Positions 36,155 to 50,835 of a stretch of 60,000 nt of DNA are shown here, in pieces. The translations under genes were made by a program, and so were the position numbers. Every line of letters starts with the position of its first letter. Position 1 is the stretch's first letter. The DNA is taken from the NCBI GenBank assembly GCA_965235115.1, contig OZ249436.1:16432001-16492000 (forward strand). The letters run 5' to 3'. A model generated the notes under the pieces. That model was given only the letters and a program-made list of their open reading frames with translations. It searched no databases and was not told where the DNA came from. Source of the DNA: Laetmonice hystrix. Lineage: Eukaryota.

Positions 36155-36896
36155 GTCGTGGAGAATGTACGAGTTGTTGTGGGGAGAAGGGAATTATCGT
36201 GGGGAGTGAAGGAATTGTTGTGGGGAGTAGGGAATTATGGTGGGGAGTGTATGAGTTGTCGTGGGGAGTAGGGAGTTATCGTGAGGAGTGTATGAGTTGT
36301 CGTGGGGAGTAGAGAATTATCGCGGGGAGTGAAGGAGTTGTCGTGGGGAGTAGAGAATTATCGTGGGGAGTGTATGAGTTGTCGTGGGGAGTAGGGAATT
36401 ATCGTGGGGAGTGTATGTAGGAGTTGTCGTGGGGATTAGAGAATTATCGTGGGGGAGTGTATGAGTTGTCGTGGGGAGTAGAGAATTATCGTGGGGAGTG
36501 GAGTTGTTGTGGGGAGTAGAGAATTATCGTGGGGAGTGGAGTTGTGGGGAGTAGAGAATTATCGTGGGGAGTGTATGAGTTGTCGTGGGGAGTAGAGAAT
36601 TATCGCGGGGAGTGAAGGAGTTGTAGTGGGGAGTAGAGAATTATCGCGGGGAGTGTAGGAGTTGTCGTGGGGAGTAGAGAATTATCGCGGGGAGTGAAGG
36701 AGTTGTCGTGGGGAGTAGAGAATTATCGTGGGGAGTGTATGAGTTGTCGTGGGGAGTAGAGAATTATCGTGGGGAGTGAAGGAGTTGTAGTGAGGAGTAG
36801 GGAATTATCGTGTGGAGTGGAGTTGTTGTGGGGAGTATATAGGGAGTTATCGTTGGGATTGTATGTAGGAGTTGTCGTGGGGAGTGCAGGAATTGT
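36155..36896. repeat. G-rich minisatellite, ~20/21-bp alternating units
   Basis: Units gtggggagtagagaattatc and gtggggagtgtatgagttgtc. Confidence 0.9.
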
Positions 36897-37604
36897 TGAT
36901 TAAAATTGATTAGTTGTCAGCAACGACTAATGTCTCATAGCCCCTGAGAAAGGCTGCAAAATATATTTGCTTCGTAAAGATGTGTCCATGCGCGGCGGTC
37001 TGACATTTTTGATTTTAGAACGAAAACAAACAACCCCCATTTCCCGACATCTGGGGATAGAAATTGTGAGGTTTCTCAAAGCATGTAGGCTTATAGTACC
37101 AATGACATGCGCGGTGGGGGGGGGGGCAGAAGATGTTTGAATTTAGAATGCAAAACCCCCCACTATTTCCCGGCACCCCCTTTTGGATCCGCGCATGTAC
37201 AGACAAAGCCTGGCATGCGAGAACAGATCTTAACTATACCTAACATTGAAAATCCTTGTCGTAACAAAAAGGCTGATGACCAAGACGAAAACTCTTGTTC
37301 GCGTTTAGATGTTTTACTGCTTTATTTAGATTACTTACAATAATTTGCATCATACTCTTACTGTAATCTTCCAGAGCCGACCAACGGCATGCGGTTGCAC
37401 ACAAATAAATGATTTGACACGTTTTATAGGTACAGCGCTGTCATCAACCAAAACCAGGGCTGAGAAATGACGTAACAATCAGGTATTTAATGCGCACAGA
37501 TAACAAGACACAGTTTGGCGCTGGACTCACTTAAATACTCAGTTTATTCACTTTAACCTAACGTAAAAATATGGACTATCAATGTGAAAGCTTATAGGAC
37601 ATGA

Positions 37605-38582
37605 CTGGTCACTTCCCACATACTACCGTGACCTAAACCAGGTCACTGCCCTCATACTGCTGCAATCTGAACCAGGTCACTGCCCTCATACTGCTGTAAT
37701 CTGAACCAGGTCACTGCCCTCATACTGCTGTAATCTGAACCAGGTCACTGCCCTCATACAGCCGTAATCTGAACCAGGTCACTGCCCTCATACAGCCGTA
37801 ATCTGAACCAGGTCACTGCTCTCATACTGCCGTAATCTGAACCAGGTCACTGCCCTCATATTGCCGTAATCTGAACCAGGTCACTGCCGTAATCTGAACC
37901 AGGCCACTGCCCCCATACAGCCGTAACATGAACCAGGTCACTACCCTCACACTGCCGTAACATGAACCCGGTCACCGCCCTCATACTGCCGTAACATGAA
38001 CCAGGTCACCGCCCTCATACAGCCGTAACATGAACCAGGTCACTGCCCTCATACAGCCGTAACATGAACCAGGTCACTGCCGTCACACTACCGTAATCTG
38101 AAGCAGGTCACTGCCGTCACACTACCGTAATATGAACCAGGTCACTGCCATACTGCCGTAACATGAACCAGGTCACTGCCCTCATACAGCCGTAACCTGA
38201 ACCAGGTCACTACCCTCATACTGCCGTAACATGAACCAGGTCACTGCCATCATACTGCCGTAACCTGAACCAGGTCACTACCCTCATACTGCCGTAACCT
38301 GAACCAGGTCACTACCCTCATACTGCCGTAACATGAACCAGGTCACTGCCCTCATACTACCGTAACATGAACCAGGTCACCGCCCTCATACAGCCGTAAC
38401 ATAAACCAGGTCACTGCCGTCACACTACCGTAATCTGAACCATGTCACTACCCTCATACTGCCGTAACCTGAACCAGGTCACTGCCCTCATACAGCCGTA
38501 ACATGAACCAGGTCACTGCCCTCATACTGCCGTAACATGAACCAGGTCACTGCCCTCATACTGCCGTAACCTGAACCAGGTC
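37605..38582. repeat. Minisatellite, 34-bp unit, ~28 copies
   Basis: Unit aaccaggtcactgccctcatactgccgtaacatg. Confidence 0.95.
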
Positions 38583-39089
38583 CCTGTTAGTTCTGACTTT
38601 CACCGCACTGTGGGAATAACAACAGACGCCAACCTACCTGTGGGAACCTACCGGCTTGGTTTCCATGGATACCGCACTGGGTTAATGAATTATTGCCTTT
38701 ACCTATAAATATTTTGGGTAGCAAACCGACGGGCATAAAATTGTTACTTAAAGAAAAGAGAAGTAAGACTTCATTAACTTCACCAGCATTGTCACTCAAC
38801 TTCAGAAAGTCGAGGGAAGATGACATCTGTCCATACATGTAAAAACGATCGGATCCATTACATAGGCTGTAACCTGCACATTACATTGGCTGTAACCTGC
38901 AGGCATTAACTGCCTAAAAACCAGGTCGGAGTTCGCGTCCATTTTCAAGAAATGATCAAGAAAAGTCGGCGCTCTTGTAATCAGTGCCTCTGCACTTGTT
39001 CGGAGACGAATGAAGCTCAGCGAGGTTGCTGTGGGAGTGTATAGTAGGCGCAGGGATTCAGCTTGGGAAATACCAGAGGCGCATTCATC

Positions 39090-39628
39090 AGGCAACTCGC
39101 ACCATGAGACCACTCGCACCATGCGACAACCCGCACCATGCGACAACCCGCACCATGCGACAACCCGCAGCATGAGGCAACCCGCACCATGCGACAACCC
39201 GCACCATGCGACAACCCACACCATGAGGCAACTCGCCCCATGCGACCACTCGCCCCATGCGACAACCCGCACCATGCGACAACCCGCACCATGAGACAAC
39301 CCGCACCATGCGACAACCCGCACCATGCGACAACCCGCACCATGCGACAACCCGCACCATGCGACAACCCGCACCATGTGACAACCCGCAGCATGAGGTA
39401 ACCCGCAGCATGAGGCAACCCGCAGCATGAGGCAACCCGCACCATGCGACAACCCGCACCATGCGACAACCCGCACCATGTGACAACCCGCAGCATGAGG
39501 TAACCCGCAGCATGAGGCAATCCACACCATGCGACAACTCGCACCGTGCGTCAACTCGCACTATGCGACAACACGCACCATGAGGTAACACGCACCATGA
39601 GACAACTCGCACCATGAGACAACTCGCA
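39090..39628. repeat. Minisatellite, 17-bp unit
   Basis: Unit cgcaccatgcgacaacc. Confidence 0.93.
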
Positions 39629-39692
39629 AAGTATGGCAATCCGTATCATGCTGAGAATCCAGGCAACCCCTTCTGTGTGTTCTACACCGTTC

Positions 39693-41000
39693 TATGACCG
39701 TAGTATGTATGCAATAATTATTTACACCCGCGACTCTATATGACCGTATGCTGTATGCAATCTACACCCGCGACTCTATATGACCGTATGCTGTATGCAA
39801 TCTACACCCGCGACTCTATGACCGTATCCTGTATGCAATCTACACCCGCGACTCTATATGACCGTATCCTGTATGAAATCTACACCCGCGACTCTATGAC
39901 CGTATCCTGTATGAAATCTACACCCGCGACTCTATGACCGTATCCTGTATGAAATCTACACCCGCGACTCTATGACCGTCGTATTAAGTCTACACCCGCG
40001 ACTCTATATGACCGTATCCTGTATGCAATCTACACCCGCGACTCTATGACCGTATCCTGTATGAAATCTACAACCGCGACTCTATGACCGTATCCTGTAT
40101 GAAATCTACAACCGCGACTCTATGACCGTATGCTGTATGCAATCTACACCCGCGACTCATAACCGTATCCTGTATGAAATCTACACCCGCGACTCTATGA
40201 CCGTATCCTGTATGCAATCTACACCCGCGACTCTATGACCGTATCCTGTATGCAATCTACACCCGCGACTCTATGACCGTATCCTGTATGCAATCTACAC
40301 CCGCGACTCTATGACCGTATCCTGTGTGAAATCTACAACCGCGACTCTATATGACCGTATCCTGTATGAAATCTACAACCGCGACTCTATATGACCGTAT
40401 CCTGTGTGAAATCTACAACCGCGACTCTATATGACCGTATCCTGTGTGAAATCTACAACCGCGACTCTATATGACCGTATCCTGTATGCAATCTACACCC
40501 GCGACTCTATGACCGTATCCTGTATGAAATCTACACCCGCGACTCTATGACCGTATCCTGTATGAAATCTACACCCGCGACTCTATGACCGTATCCTGTA
40601 TGCAATCTACACCCGCGACTCTATGACCGTATCCTGTATGCAATCTACACCCGCGACTCTATGACCGTATCCTGTATGAAATCTACACCCGCGACTCTAT
40701 GACCGTATCCTGTATGCAATCTACACCCGCGACTCTATGACCGTATCCTGTATGCAATCTACACCCGCGACTCTATGACCGTATCCTGTATGAAATCTAC
40801 ACCCGCGACTCTATGACCGTCGTATTAAGTCTACACCCGCGACTCTATATGACCGTATCCTGTATGAAATCTACACCCGCGACTCTATGACCGTCGTATT
40901 AAGTCTACACCCGCGACTCTATATGACCGTATCCTGTATGAAATCTACACCCGCGACTCTACGAACGTATTTTGTCTGTATGCAGTGTACATCCGCGACT
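39693..41000. repeat. Minisatellite, 38/40-bp unit, ~33 copies
   Basis: Unit ctacacccgcgactctatgaccgtatcctgtatgaaat. Confidence 0.95.
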
Positions 41001-41242
41001 CAACGTTACCTCTTTGGTTGGTTGAGGTTAATTCTATCCAACCAACATTTCCTATTTCATTTCGTAGCTTGTTTCAAAAAGCTAAATGCTGATCGTTTTT
41101 TTTCTTTGAACATCTCTAGAAATAGAGAACTCTGGAAATTACGATGCGGAATTGATATTAATTTGACTATTTTAATAAGGACTAATTTACGGCATATTAA
41201 TGTACTAAAGATACATTGGAATTAGGAATTTCCACCCCAGGC

Positions 41243-41371
41243 TGTCCCATGTGTGTAAGAGTAACGTTAGTCCCATGTGTTTAAGAGTGACATTTGTCCC
41301 ATGTGTGTAAGGGTGACGTTTGCCCCATGTGATAAGAGTGACGTTTGCCCCATGTGTGTAAGAGTGACGTT
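41243..41371. repeat. Tandem repeat, ~26-bp unit x5
   Basis: Unit cccatgtgtgtaagagtgacgtttg. Confidence 0.85.
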
Positions 41372-41519
41372 TTAATACAGATTCCGATTTTTAAAAAAAT
41401 AGTACAGCTAGTATTGGCTACAGCTGTGCACACAGGAGAGGAGGCATTGTGTGTCAGTTATCGGTCGCCTCTGGTGACTGAGATTAGGAGGGTACACGTA
41501 GCTCGGCAAGTGGTCGTCA

Positions 41520-41877
41520 GGGTCGGGGTTTAATCATTTACTCACGGAGGGTGAGCCTCGTGTCAGGTTGTCGTTAGGGCTGGGGTTAAATCATTTACCC
41601 ACGGAGGGTGAGAATGGTGTCAGGTGGTCGTTAGGGTTGGGGTTATATCATTTACCCACGGAGGGTGAGGCTCGTGTCAGGTTGTCGTTAGGGTTGGGGT
41701 TATATCATTTACTCACGGAGGGTGAGCCTCGTGTCAGGTTGTCGTTAGGGTTGGGGTTATATCATTTACTCACGGAGGGTGAGCCTCGTGTCAGGTTGTC
41801 GTTAGGGTTGGGGTTATATCATTTACCCACGGAGGGTGAGAATGGTGTCAGGTGGTCGTTAAGGTTGGGGTTAAATC
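41520..41877. repeat. Minisatellite, 60-bp unit x6
   Basis: Unit atcatttactcacggagggtgagcctcgtgtcaggttgtcgttagggttggggttat. Confidence 0.9.
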
Positions 41878-41919
41878 AATCGATTCCAATTATCTTTGGT
41901 AGTACTCTGCACAACAAAA

Positions 41920-43186
41920 GATATTGTCTCAGGCCAGATTGATGAGGCCCCAGCAGAGGGCGGATATTGTCCCAGGCCAGATTGGTGAGGCCCCAGCAGA
42001 GGGCGGATATTGTCCCAGGGCAGATTGGTGAGGCCCCAGCAGAGGGCGGATATTGTCTCAGGCCAGATTGGTGAGGCCCCAGCAGAGGGCGGATATTGTC
42101 CCAGGCCAGATTGGTGAGGCCCCAGCAGAGGGCGGATATTGTCTCAGGCCAGATTGGTGAGGCCCCAGCAGAGGGCGGATATTGTCCCAGACCAGATTGG
42201 TGAGGCCCCAGCAGAGAGCGGATATTGTCCCAGGGCAGATTGGTGAGGCCCCAGCACAGGGCGGATATTGTCTCAGGCCAGATTGGTGAGGCCCCAGCAG
42301 AGGGCGGATATTGTCCCAGGGCAGATTGGTGAGGCCCCAGCACAGGGCGGATATTGTCCCAGGGCAGATTGGTGAGGCCCCAGCAGAGAGCGGATATAGT
42401 CCCAGGCCAGATTGGTGAGGCCCAGGCCGAGGGCGGATATTGTTCCAGGGCAGATTGGTGAGGCCCAGGCCGAGGGCGGATTTTGTCCCAGGGCAGATTG
42501 GTGAGGCCCCAGCAGAGAGCGGAGGGCGGATATTGCCCCAGACCAGATTCGTGAAGCCCCAGCAGAGGGCGGATATTGTCCCAGGCCAGATTGGTGAAGC
42601 CCCAGCAGAGGGCGGATATTGTCCCAGGCCAGATTGGTGAAGCCCCAGCAGAGGGCGGACATTGTTCCAGGGCAGATTGGTGAGGCCCCAGCAGAGGGCG
42701 GATATTGTCCCAGACCAGATTGGTGAGGCCCCAGCAGAGGGCGGATATTGTCCCAGGGCAGATTGGTGAGGCCCCAGCAGAGGGCGGATATTGTCCCAGG
42801 CCAGATTGGTGAGGCCCCAGCAGAGAGCGGAGGGCGGATATTGTCCCAGACCAGATTGGTGAGGCCCCAGCAGAGAGCGGATATTGCCCCAGACCAGATT
42901 GGTGAGGCCCCAGCAGAGGGCGGATATTGTCCCAGGGCAGATTGGTGAGGGCCCAGTAGAGGGCGGATATTGTCCCAGACCAGATTGGTGAGGCCCCAGC
43001 AGAGAGCGGATATTGCCCCAGACCAGATTGGTGAGGCCCCAGCAGAGGGCGGATATTGTCCCAGACCAGATTGGTGAGGCCCCAGCAGAGGGCGGATATT
43101 GTCCCAGGCCAGATTGGTGAGGCCCCAGCAGAGAGCGGATATTGTCCCAGGGCAGATTTGTGAGGGCCCAGTAGAGGGCGGATATT
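41920..43186. repeat. Minisatellite, 43-bp unit, ~29 copies
   Basis: Unit gatattgtcccaggccagattggtgaggccccagcagagggcg. Confidence 0.95.
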
Positions 43187-44538
43187 TGCGGCAGGAACAC
43201 AATAACCCCACCGGCTTCACTTAGCGCCGTTATACGCATGATTACCAGGAGTAGTCGAGAATCAATAAAGCTGGCGGTGTTTGAAGGCCACCCACCCCCT
43301 ACTCTACCCCTACCCCACCCGCTCTCCCACCCCTTACCCCCACGCGACCCCTGCTACTTCCTGGTGGCCATCCCCTGACGTCATTCAGGCTCCTGCACGA
43401 CCGAGAACCGCTTATCTCTCAAGGTGTGGGTGGGGGAAGCCTGGAAGCACTTATTGAGCGGCGAGTGGGTGGTGGGGGTAGTGGGGGTAGTGGTGGGGGG
43501 AATTGGCATAAACAGAGGGAGAGAGGGGTCGTCATGAGGGGGTATAACTGTCAAAGCTGGAGTGGTCCATTACTGAAAATGGAAATTGTTTTCATTCTGT
43601 GTCTAGAACCGAGCATATTGGTCGGGTTCCGTCAAGTCGCCAGGACAACGTACCTATAATATTGACTTGGCTTGTTGTAGCATTCATTTCCATACTGCTT
43701 ATTAATGTGATGGGAAACGATATTTTCTGTTCTACATGGATTCCATAGCACAGGGTCATGTCTTCGAAAGCATATAGGAACTCAATCGGCCTTGAACAAT
43801 TGCAATTAGGTTTAATATAATGAATTGTGGTTTGCAGAACCTAAATGGTTTTAATGCTATGATTAAAGATTTTATCAGTTTGGTTCCATGAATATATACC
43901 AATTTATACAATCATAAAAGTATGGAGGAAGCAGGTCCTACAGAAAGGTCTCAATCAATAATTTATGCAGGCAGTCAGGGAGAGGTAATCATACAATCAA
44001 ATCTCGATTGTTAAGTTCCGATTTTTCAAACCAAACTAAACACTGAAGCCGTCGAGCTGGCCCAATGGTGAATGTCATGTGGTTGTGGCACAGCGTTCAC
44101 TGACAGGTAGCTGAGGCTCGCTGTGATAACCACCAACCTCTCCTAACATGAACATGTCAAATGGAAAATGTCACTGCCCGTTTCTCATACTGTCTAAACT
44201 CGCTCGCTGACGCCGACGACATTTGAGATCACTGTTCTATCAAGGCGACCTGAGAGATTCGTCTATTGTTTAATTTGTACGGAATTTAAATGATGGCTTT
44301 GCGAAGGAGTTTTCATTTGGACCATCAAGTTTACATCGATGCCTATACTAGGACGTGCAGTGGAAATGACGGCCGAACAAAGCATGCTAAAAACTCTATC
44401 GGTGCAGGTGAAAAATCGAAACAGGACTCTCTACCTACCAATTCAACACTTATGTCCATTATGGTGCCACTACGTTCTATTACCTGTGCTATAAACCTGC
44501 CTTTCACAGATTCCGCCGCTACTAAAACGGTCAATTAA

Positions 44539-45450
44539 TGTCCCAGTCACACGGGAGCTTACGATAGGATTGGACAAAATAAGATCATCTCCGACCACGA
44601 GGTCCTCAGCAAGGAAGTCGTGCGACAAGTTATGGATGATCTTCTTTAGTAATCTCTGGAAGTCTTGGAGAATATTTTGCAGTTGTACGAGTGATTTTAG
44701 TCGTGGCCATGTTTTAGAGCATGCGCAACGACCTGGGCACGACTGATATGGTCGTCAAAAATCGTAACGTATCCTAAAAGCCTAGATCTACTGCGACGGA
44801 GAAGCGGCGGTAATATCGCGTTTTCTCGACGCGACGACTCGACCAGAAGGCCGTCGGACAGACGCTGCTGTGGATCTGATACTGCGGGAGAGTGACGGCT
44901 GCTTCGCGTTAGGTGACGTTGTTTGGCGGGCACCTGACGTCACAACCGCTGATATCAAATCATTTTAATATCGGCAGTGAGTTGGCGGTTGCTTGCGGTG
45001 AGTAAGAACAAGTCCGTATGCCTGCATCATCGGTGGCTGTACCTTTTGTCTTACTTTATATGATCTTTATACTTTAAAAATCTTAAGAAAAATCATAATT
45101 TCTTTTTGAACAAAAGACCTAGGCCCCTGCTGTTATTTCCACATCGTGCACTAAATTCAAGCTGCACGCTGATTGGTCGTGATGTAAAATACTACTACCA
45201 AGCATACCGCCAGGTAGCCGTCAGTGAACGTTGGTGGATTTGCTGAAAATGACGTGCGTGCAGCTGACCACAACGTGGCGTCTGCTCACCGTTTATGTGA
45301 CGGTAAAAACGCGCCGCCGTCGGCCGTCAAGAACCGCCAGCAAACGCAACCGAAACGTTGCAGTGGATCTAGGTTTTAAGTTACCTTTAATTGGTCTCAG
45401 GTTGTCGCACGATGGTCGTACACAGAAAAACCGATCAGGTGCATGACAAC
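44539..45450. mobile_element. Truncated Harbinger-like MITE
   Basis: TAA followed by tgtcccagtcacacgg, with a cgac/gtcg-rich interior like the other MITEs here. Right TIR not found. Confidence 0.35.
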
Positions 45451-45519
45451 GATAAAACCTCGATATCGATGGGAAACAACCACCTCCCGCTTTTCAGGTA
45501 AAATCTCTGAGGGTTCAGT

Positions 45520-46715
45520 GGTGTGTAAACCGCGTGCTGATTGGTGGTGTGGTGTGGTGTGGGTGTATACCTTATGCTGATTGGTGGTGTGGTGTGGGTG
45601 TAAACCGCGTGCTGATTGGTGGTGTGGTGTGGTGTGGGTGTATACCTTATGCTGATTGGTGGTGTGGTGTGGGTGTAAACCGCGTGCTGATTGGTGGCGT
45701 GGTGTGGGTGTAAACCGCGTGCTGATTGGTGGTGTGGTGTGGTGTGGGTGTAAACCGCGTGCTGATTGGTGGTGTGGTGTGGGTGTAAACCGCGTGCTGA
45801 TTGGTGGTGTGGTGTGGGTGTAAACCGCGTGCTGATTGGTGGTGTGGTGTGGGTGTAAACCGCGTGCTGATTGGTGGTGTGGTGTGGGTGTAAACCGCGT
45901 GCTGATTGGTGGTGTGGTGTGGGTGTAAACCGCGTGCTGATTGGTGGTGTGGTGTGGGTGTAAACCGCGTGCTGATTGGTGGTGTGGTGTGGGTGTAAAC
46001 CGCGTGCTGATTGGTGGTGTGGTGTGGGTGTAAACCGCGTGCTGATTGGTGGTGTGGTGTGGGTGTAAACCGCGTGCTGATTGGTGGTGTAGTGTGGGTG
46101 TATACCGTATGCTCATTGATGGTGTGGTGTGGTGTGGGTGTATACCGTATGCTGATTGGTGGTGTAGTGTGGGTGTATACCGTATGCTGATTGGTGGTGT
46201 GGTGTGGTGTGGGTGTAAACCGCGTGCTGATTGGTGGTGTGGTGTGGGTGTAAACCGCGTGCTGATTGGTGGTGTGATGTGGGTGGAAACCGCGTGCTGA
46301 TTGGTGGTGTGGTGTGATGTGGGTGTAAACCGCGTGCTGATTGGTGGTGTGGTGTGATGTGGGTGTAAACCGCGTGCTGATTGGTGGTGTGGTGTGATGT
46401 GGGTGTAAACCGCGTGCTGATTGGTGGTGTGGTGTGATGTGGGTGTAAACCCTGTGCTGATTGGTGGTGTGGTGTGATGTGGGTGTAAACCGCGTGCTGA
46501 TTGGTGGTGTGGTGTGATGTGGGTGTAAACCCTGTGCTGATTGGTGGTGTGGTGTGATGTGGGTGTAAACCGCGTGCTGATTGGTGGTGTGGTGTGATGT
46601 GGGTGTAAACCGCGTGCTGATTGGTGGTGTGGTGTGATGTGGGTGTAAACCGCGTGCTGATTGGTGGTGTGGTGTGGGTGTAAACCAAATGCTGCATATA
46701 CCACGCGCTGATTGG
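45520..46715. repeat. GT-rich minisatellite, 35/40-bp unit
   Basis: Unit gtaaaccgcgtgctgattggtggtgtggtgt(gatgt)gggt. Confidence 0.95.
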
Positions 46716-47374
46716 AGGTATACTGATGGAGTTAAGGGGGGTGCCGACTTGGAAGGCAGATGGTGGCTCAGAGATGCTTATGACATCTGCCGATGGGCCA
46801 GTCGACACGAACACTCCTACCAGGTTACCGGGGTGACGCCAGACCGAGGGTGTGTGTAAATATTGGCACCGATTCATGCCAAGTGGGGATGTCCTGTGAG
46901 GTCCGCTCTGCTGTGGGGACCTTTGAGATTGATAGGATTTACAGAGGTATCATTACTGGCTTGCGCTGTGAGCAATAATATTCTGCCGTGAGGGTCAGTC
47001 TCAGAGGCTGACAAGATCTCTCAACCTTTCCATAATTACTGTTTACCAAACTTTCAACGCTGCCAAGACGGGCCTGCAGGTTGTCGTAGTAATCAACCGT
47101 AATAACCCAAACATGGCCCCATTCTGTTGACCTTCCAATATTAGATTAAAATATCGTTTTTTGAGGTGCCACTATTTCAGCCAAATAATATCAATGTGTA
47201 GTTCCCCTTGGATACAAGTATCGGCTGTTTTCGTCTCGTTCTCGTACGAGTTGGTGATATGGGCCACAGCGGCTTTAGCCAAACAGTGATTCGGTTTATT
47301 GGATCGTGTACCCATATTGAAGAGACCACTACTCGCCGAGCAATGGTAATTTCACGATGGAAAGAATGGTGTGT

Positions 47375-48725
47375 ACCTTGCCATGTTTGAACCATGGAGA
47401 GAATGATGTGGACATCCCCATGTTTACACCATGGAGGGAATGACGGCGACTTCCTCGTGTTTGCACCGTGGAGGGAATGATAGTGACCTCCCCATGTTTG
47501 AACCATGGAGCGAATGATGGTGACCTCCCCATGTTTGAACCATGGAGAATAGTTTCATCCTCCCCATGTTTGCACCATGGAGAGAATGATGTGGACATCC
47601 CCATGTTTACACCATGGAGAGAATGATGGTGACCTCCCCATGTTTACACCATAAAGAGAATGATGTGGACCTCCCCATGTTTACACCATAAAGAGAATGA
47701 TGTGGACCTTCCCATGTTTACACCATGGGGAGAATGACGGAGACCTCCCCGTGTTTACACCATGGAGAGAATGATGTGGGCCTCGCCATGTTTACACCAT
47801 AAAGAGAATGATGTGGACCTTCCCATGTTTGCACCATGGAGAGAATGACGGAGACCTCCCCATATTTACACCATAAAGAGAATGATGTGGGCCTCGCCAT
47901 GTTTGCACCATGGAGAGAATGACGGAGACCTCCCCATGTTTACACCATAAAGAGAATGATGTGGACCTTCCCATGTTTACACCATGGAGAGAATGACGGA
48001 GACCTCCCCGTGTTTACACCATGGAGAGAATGATGTGGGCCTCCCCATGTTTACACCATGGAGAGAATGACGGAGACCTCCCCATGTTTACACCATAAAG
48101 AGAATGATGTGGACCTCCCCATGTTTACACCATAAAGAGAATGATGTGGACCTTCCCATGTTTACACCATGGAGAGAATGACGGAGACCTCCCCATATTT
48201 ACACCATAAAGAGAATGATGTGGGCCTCGCCATGTTTGCACCATGGAGAGAATGACGGAGACCTCCCCATGTTTACACCATAAAGAGAATGATGTGGACC
48301 TTCCCATGTTTACACCATGGAGAGAATGACGGAGACCTCCCCGTGTTTACACCATGGAGAGAATGATGTGGGCCTCCCCATGTTTACACCATGGAGAGAA
48401 TGACGGAGACCTCCCCATGTTTACACCATAAAGAGAATGATGTGGACCTCCCCATGTTTACACCATAAAGAGAATGATGTGGACCTTCCCATGTTTACAC
48501 CATGGAGAGAATGACGGAGACCTCCCCGTGTTTACACCATGTTGAGAATGATGTGGGCCTCGCCATGTTTGCACCATGGAGAGAATGACGGAGACCTCCC
48601 CATGTTTACACCATAAAGAGAATGATGTGGACCTTACCATGTTTACACCATAAAGAGAATGATGTGGGCCTCGCCATGTTTGCACCATGGAGAGAATGAC
48701 GGAGACCTACCTATGTTTGCACCAT
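47375..48725. repeat. Minisatellite, 37-bp unit with 333-bp (9-mer) higher-order repeat
   Basis: Variants of ccatgtttacaccatggagagaatgacggagacctcc. Near-identical ORFs recur at 47792, 48125 and 48458 (333-bp period). Confidence 0.93.
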
Positions 48726-49724
48726 ATCCAGTGGATGCCGATGAGGTGAAGGCCCCCTAAACCATCCATTCAATCACCCGCCCTTTCAGTCATTCGCTAT
48801 AGTTTACTGTTAACCACATTAAATAACATGCAGGACAGCAGTGCGTGAGTTTTTACCACGCCCGTCATTATCTGCTATGGTAGATATGTAGATATTTTGT
48901 TTTGTTGGAGGATGTGTATTAACATATTGGACCAGGTAAGACACAACACCTTTGATGGTAGCCATAAAGCAACGATTTTCAAGGGTTTTCAAGGCTGATT
49001 CCCAGAGATTTATTTTCAAGGCCATTAATGACAAGACCAAAGGCAGTCGTAGCCTTAATCCAGTACTTATTTGAGTCACTGTTATACATGTATAATCAAC
49101 AAATTATAGCACCAACCTCGGGATATTATTTATGTGGGAACTCTGGCATGAACTCTGGCATGAAAGCTACTTGGATCCCACTTAGGAAGTATTAGGAGGA
49201 TTGCTACATCCCTCGCTAGATGGCATTGGACTGTCGTTAGATGGCATTGGACAGACGCCTCGTACCCTCAATCCGCCTTCCGTCACCAAACGGCGACCTG
49301 ATCGGAAAGTCTCGCGTCGAGACGAATGGCGGAGTTGAGGGTAAATAAAAAATTGACAGTACAGTTGTAACTAAAAATAGTGAAACTGTTCTTAGTGGTG
49401 GCCGGTCCAAGTATACCGTTCGAAGCTCTGACGTTTGGAAAACACACGAACCCCCATTGAGAGCCAACTGATTTGGAACGTTGCCGCAGATTGAGCCCAC
49501 TGACGGGGAATTGTATTGCTACATCCCGTTAGAAAGAGTTGTGTCACACTTATCGTCAAGTTACACCCTTACCTTTCCAAGTGGGCACAATATCCGAAAC
49601 CACCGACCCTTCGTACTCTCAGGTTTTCAACAGCGTCTGTTTCCAGACTACGACCGAACGTGGAGACCGGTGCCTCGCAGTCCCCTCAGCGGTGGGGGTC
49701 TGGCTGGATATTTGGATATTGGCT

Positions 49725-50302
49725 GGTCCAGCCATTTACGTGTTTATAGTGTCACCCCCGGGAGTGTCCCTGTCGTATCAAACTGGATCTCCAGCCAGTT
49801 ACGTGTTTATAGTGTCACCCCCGGCAGTGTCTCTGTCGTATCAAACTGGGCCTCCAGCCATTTACGTGTTTATAGTGTCACCCCCGGCAGTGTCTCTGTC
49901 GTATCAAACTGGGCATCCAGCCATTTACGTGTTTATAGTGTCACCCCGGCAGTGTCTCTGTCGTATCAAACTGGGCCTCCAGCCATTTACGTGTTTATAG
50001 TGTCACCCCCGGCAGTGTCCCTGTCGTATCAAACTAGATCTCCAGCCATTTACGTGTTTATAGTGTCACCCCCGGCAGTGTCCCTGTCGTATCAAACTAG
50101 ATCTCCAGCCATTTACGTGTTTATAGTGTCACCCCCGGCAGTGTCCCTGTCGTATCAAACTGGATCTCCAGCCAGTTACGTGTTTATAGTGTCACCCCCG
50201 GCAGTGTCCCTGTCGTATCAAACTGGATCTCCAGCCAGTTACGTGTTTATAGTGTCACCCCCGGGAGTGTCCCTGTCGTATCAAACTAGATCTCCAGCCA
50301 GT
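49725..50302. repeat. Minisatellite, 60-bp unit, ~10 copies
   Basis: Unit tccagccatttacgtgtttatagtgtcacccccggcagtgtccctgtcgtatcaaactg. Confidence 0.95.
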
Positions 50303-50439
50303 TTGGCATGTACCTGTTATTGGGTCTAAATACAGTGGGATTTGAAGTACGCTCATCGTAAAACTGGGGCGGGCGGACAATGCAGTTGTAACAATCGACC
50401 CTATACGGCCTTGTGCTAAATGGCAGGTCCAAAAAGCCT

Positions 50440-50835
50440 ATTGACTAAAAATATCAGGTTCATTATTGAGGGATGGACCCGGAAGCCCACCCTTTGTTCG
50501 TGTGATGGGTGTGTTATTGAGGGTTGGACCCAGAGATCCACCCGCCCCTGTGTGATGGGTTCTTTATTGAGGGTTGGGCCCGGACCCCGGAGGTCCACCA
50601 TAGGTTCGTGTTATGGGTTCATTATTGAGAGTTGGACCGGCAGGCCCACCCTCCGTGTAAGGGTTCCTTATTCAGGGTTGGACCCAGAGATCCACCCTCC
50701 GTGTGAGGGTTTTTTTTCAGGGTTAGGCCAGGAGGTCCATCTTAATTTCGTGCGAGGGTTCTTTATTGAGGGTTGAACCCGGAGGTCCACCTTAATGTCG
50801 TGTGAGGGTTTTTTTTATTGAGGGTTAGGCCAGGA
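50440..50835. repeat. Degenerate ~50-bp tandem repeat
   Basis: Recurrent ttattgagggttggacccggaggtccacc. Confidence 0.75.

Noticed and set aside
37273..37295. Hammerhead ribozyme core (ctgatga...gaaa), also at ~4188
   Set aside because: There is no paired stem II closing base pair and no compatible stems I/III.
38587..39090. Possible coding exon between arrays
   Set aside because: No recognisable motif and no consistent splice-site pair.
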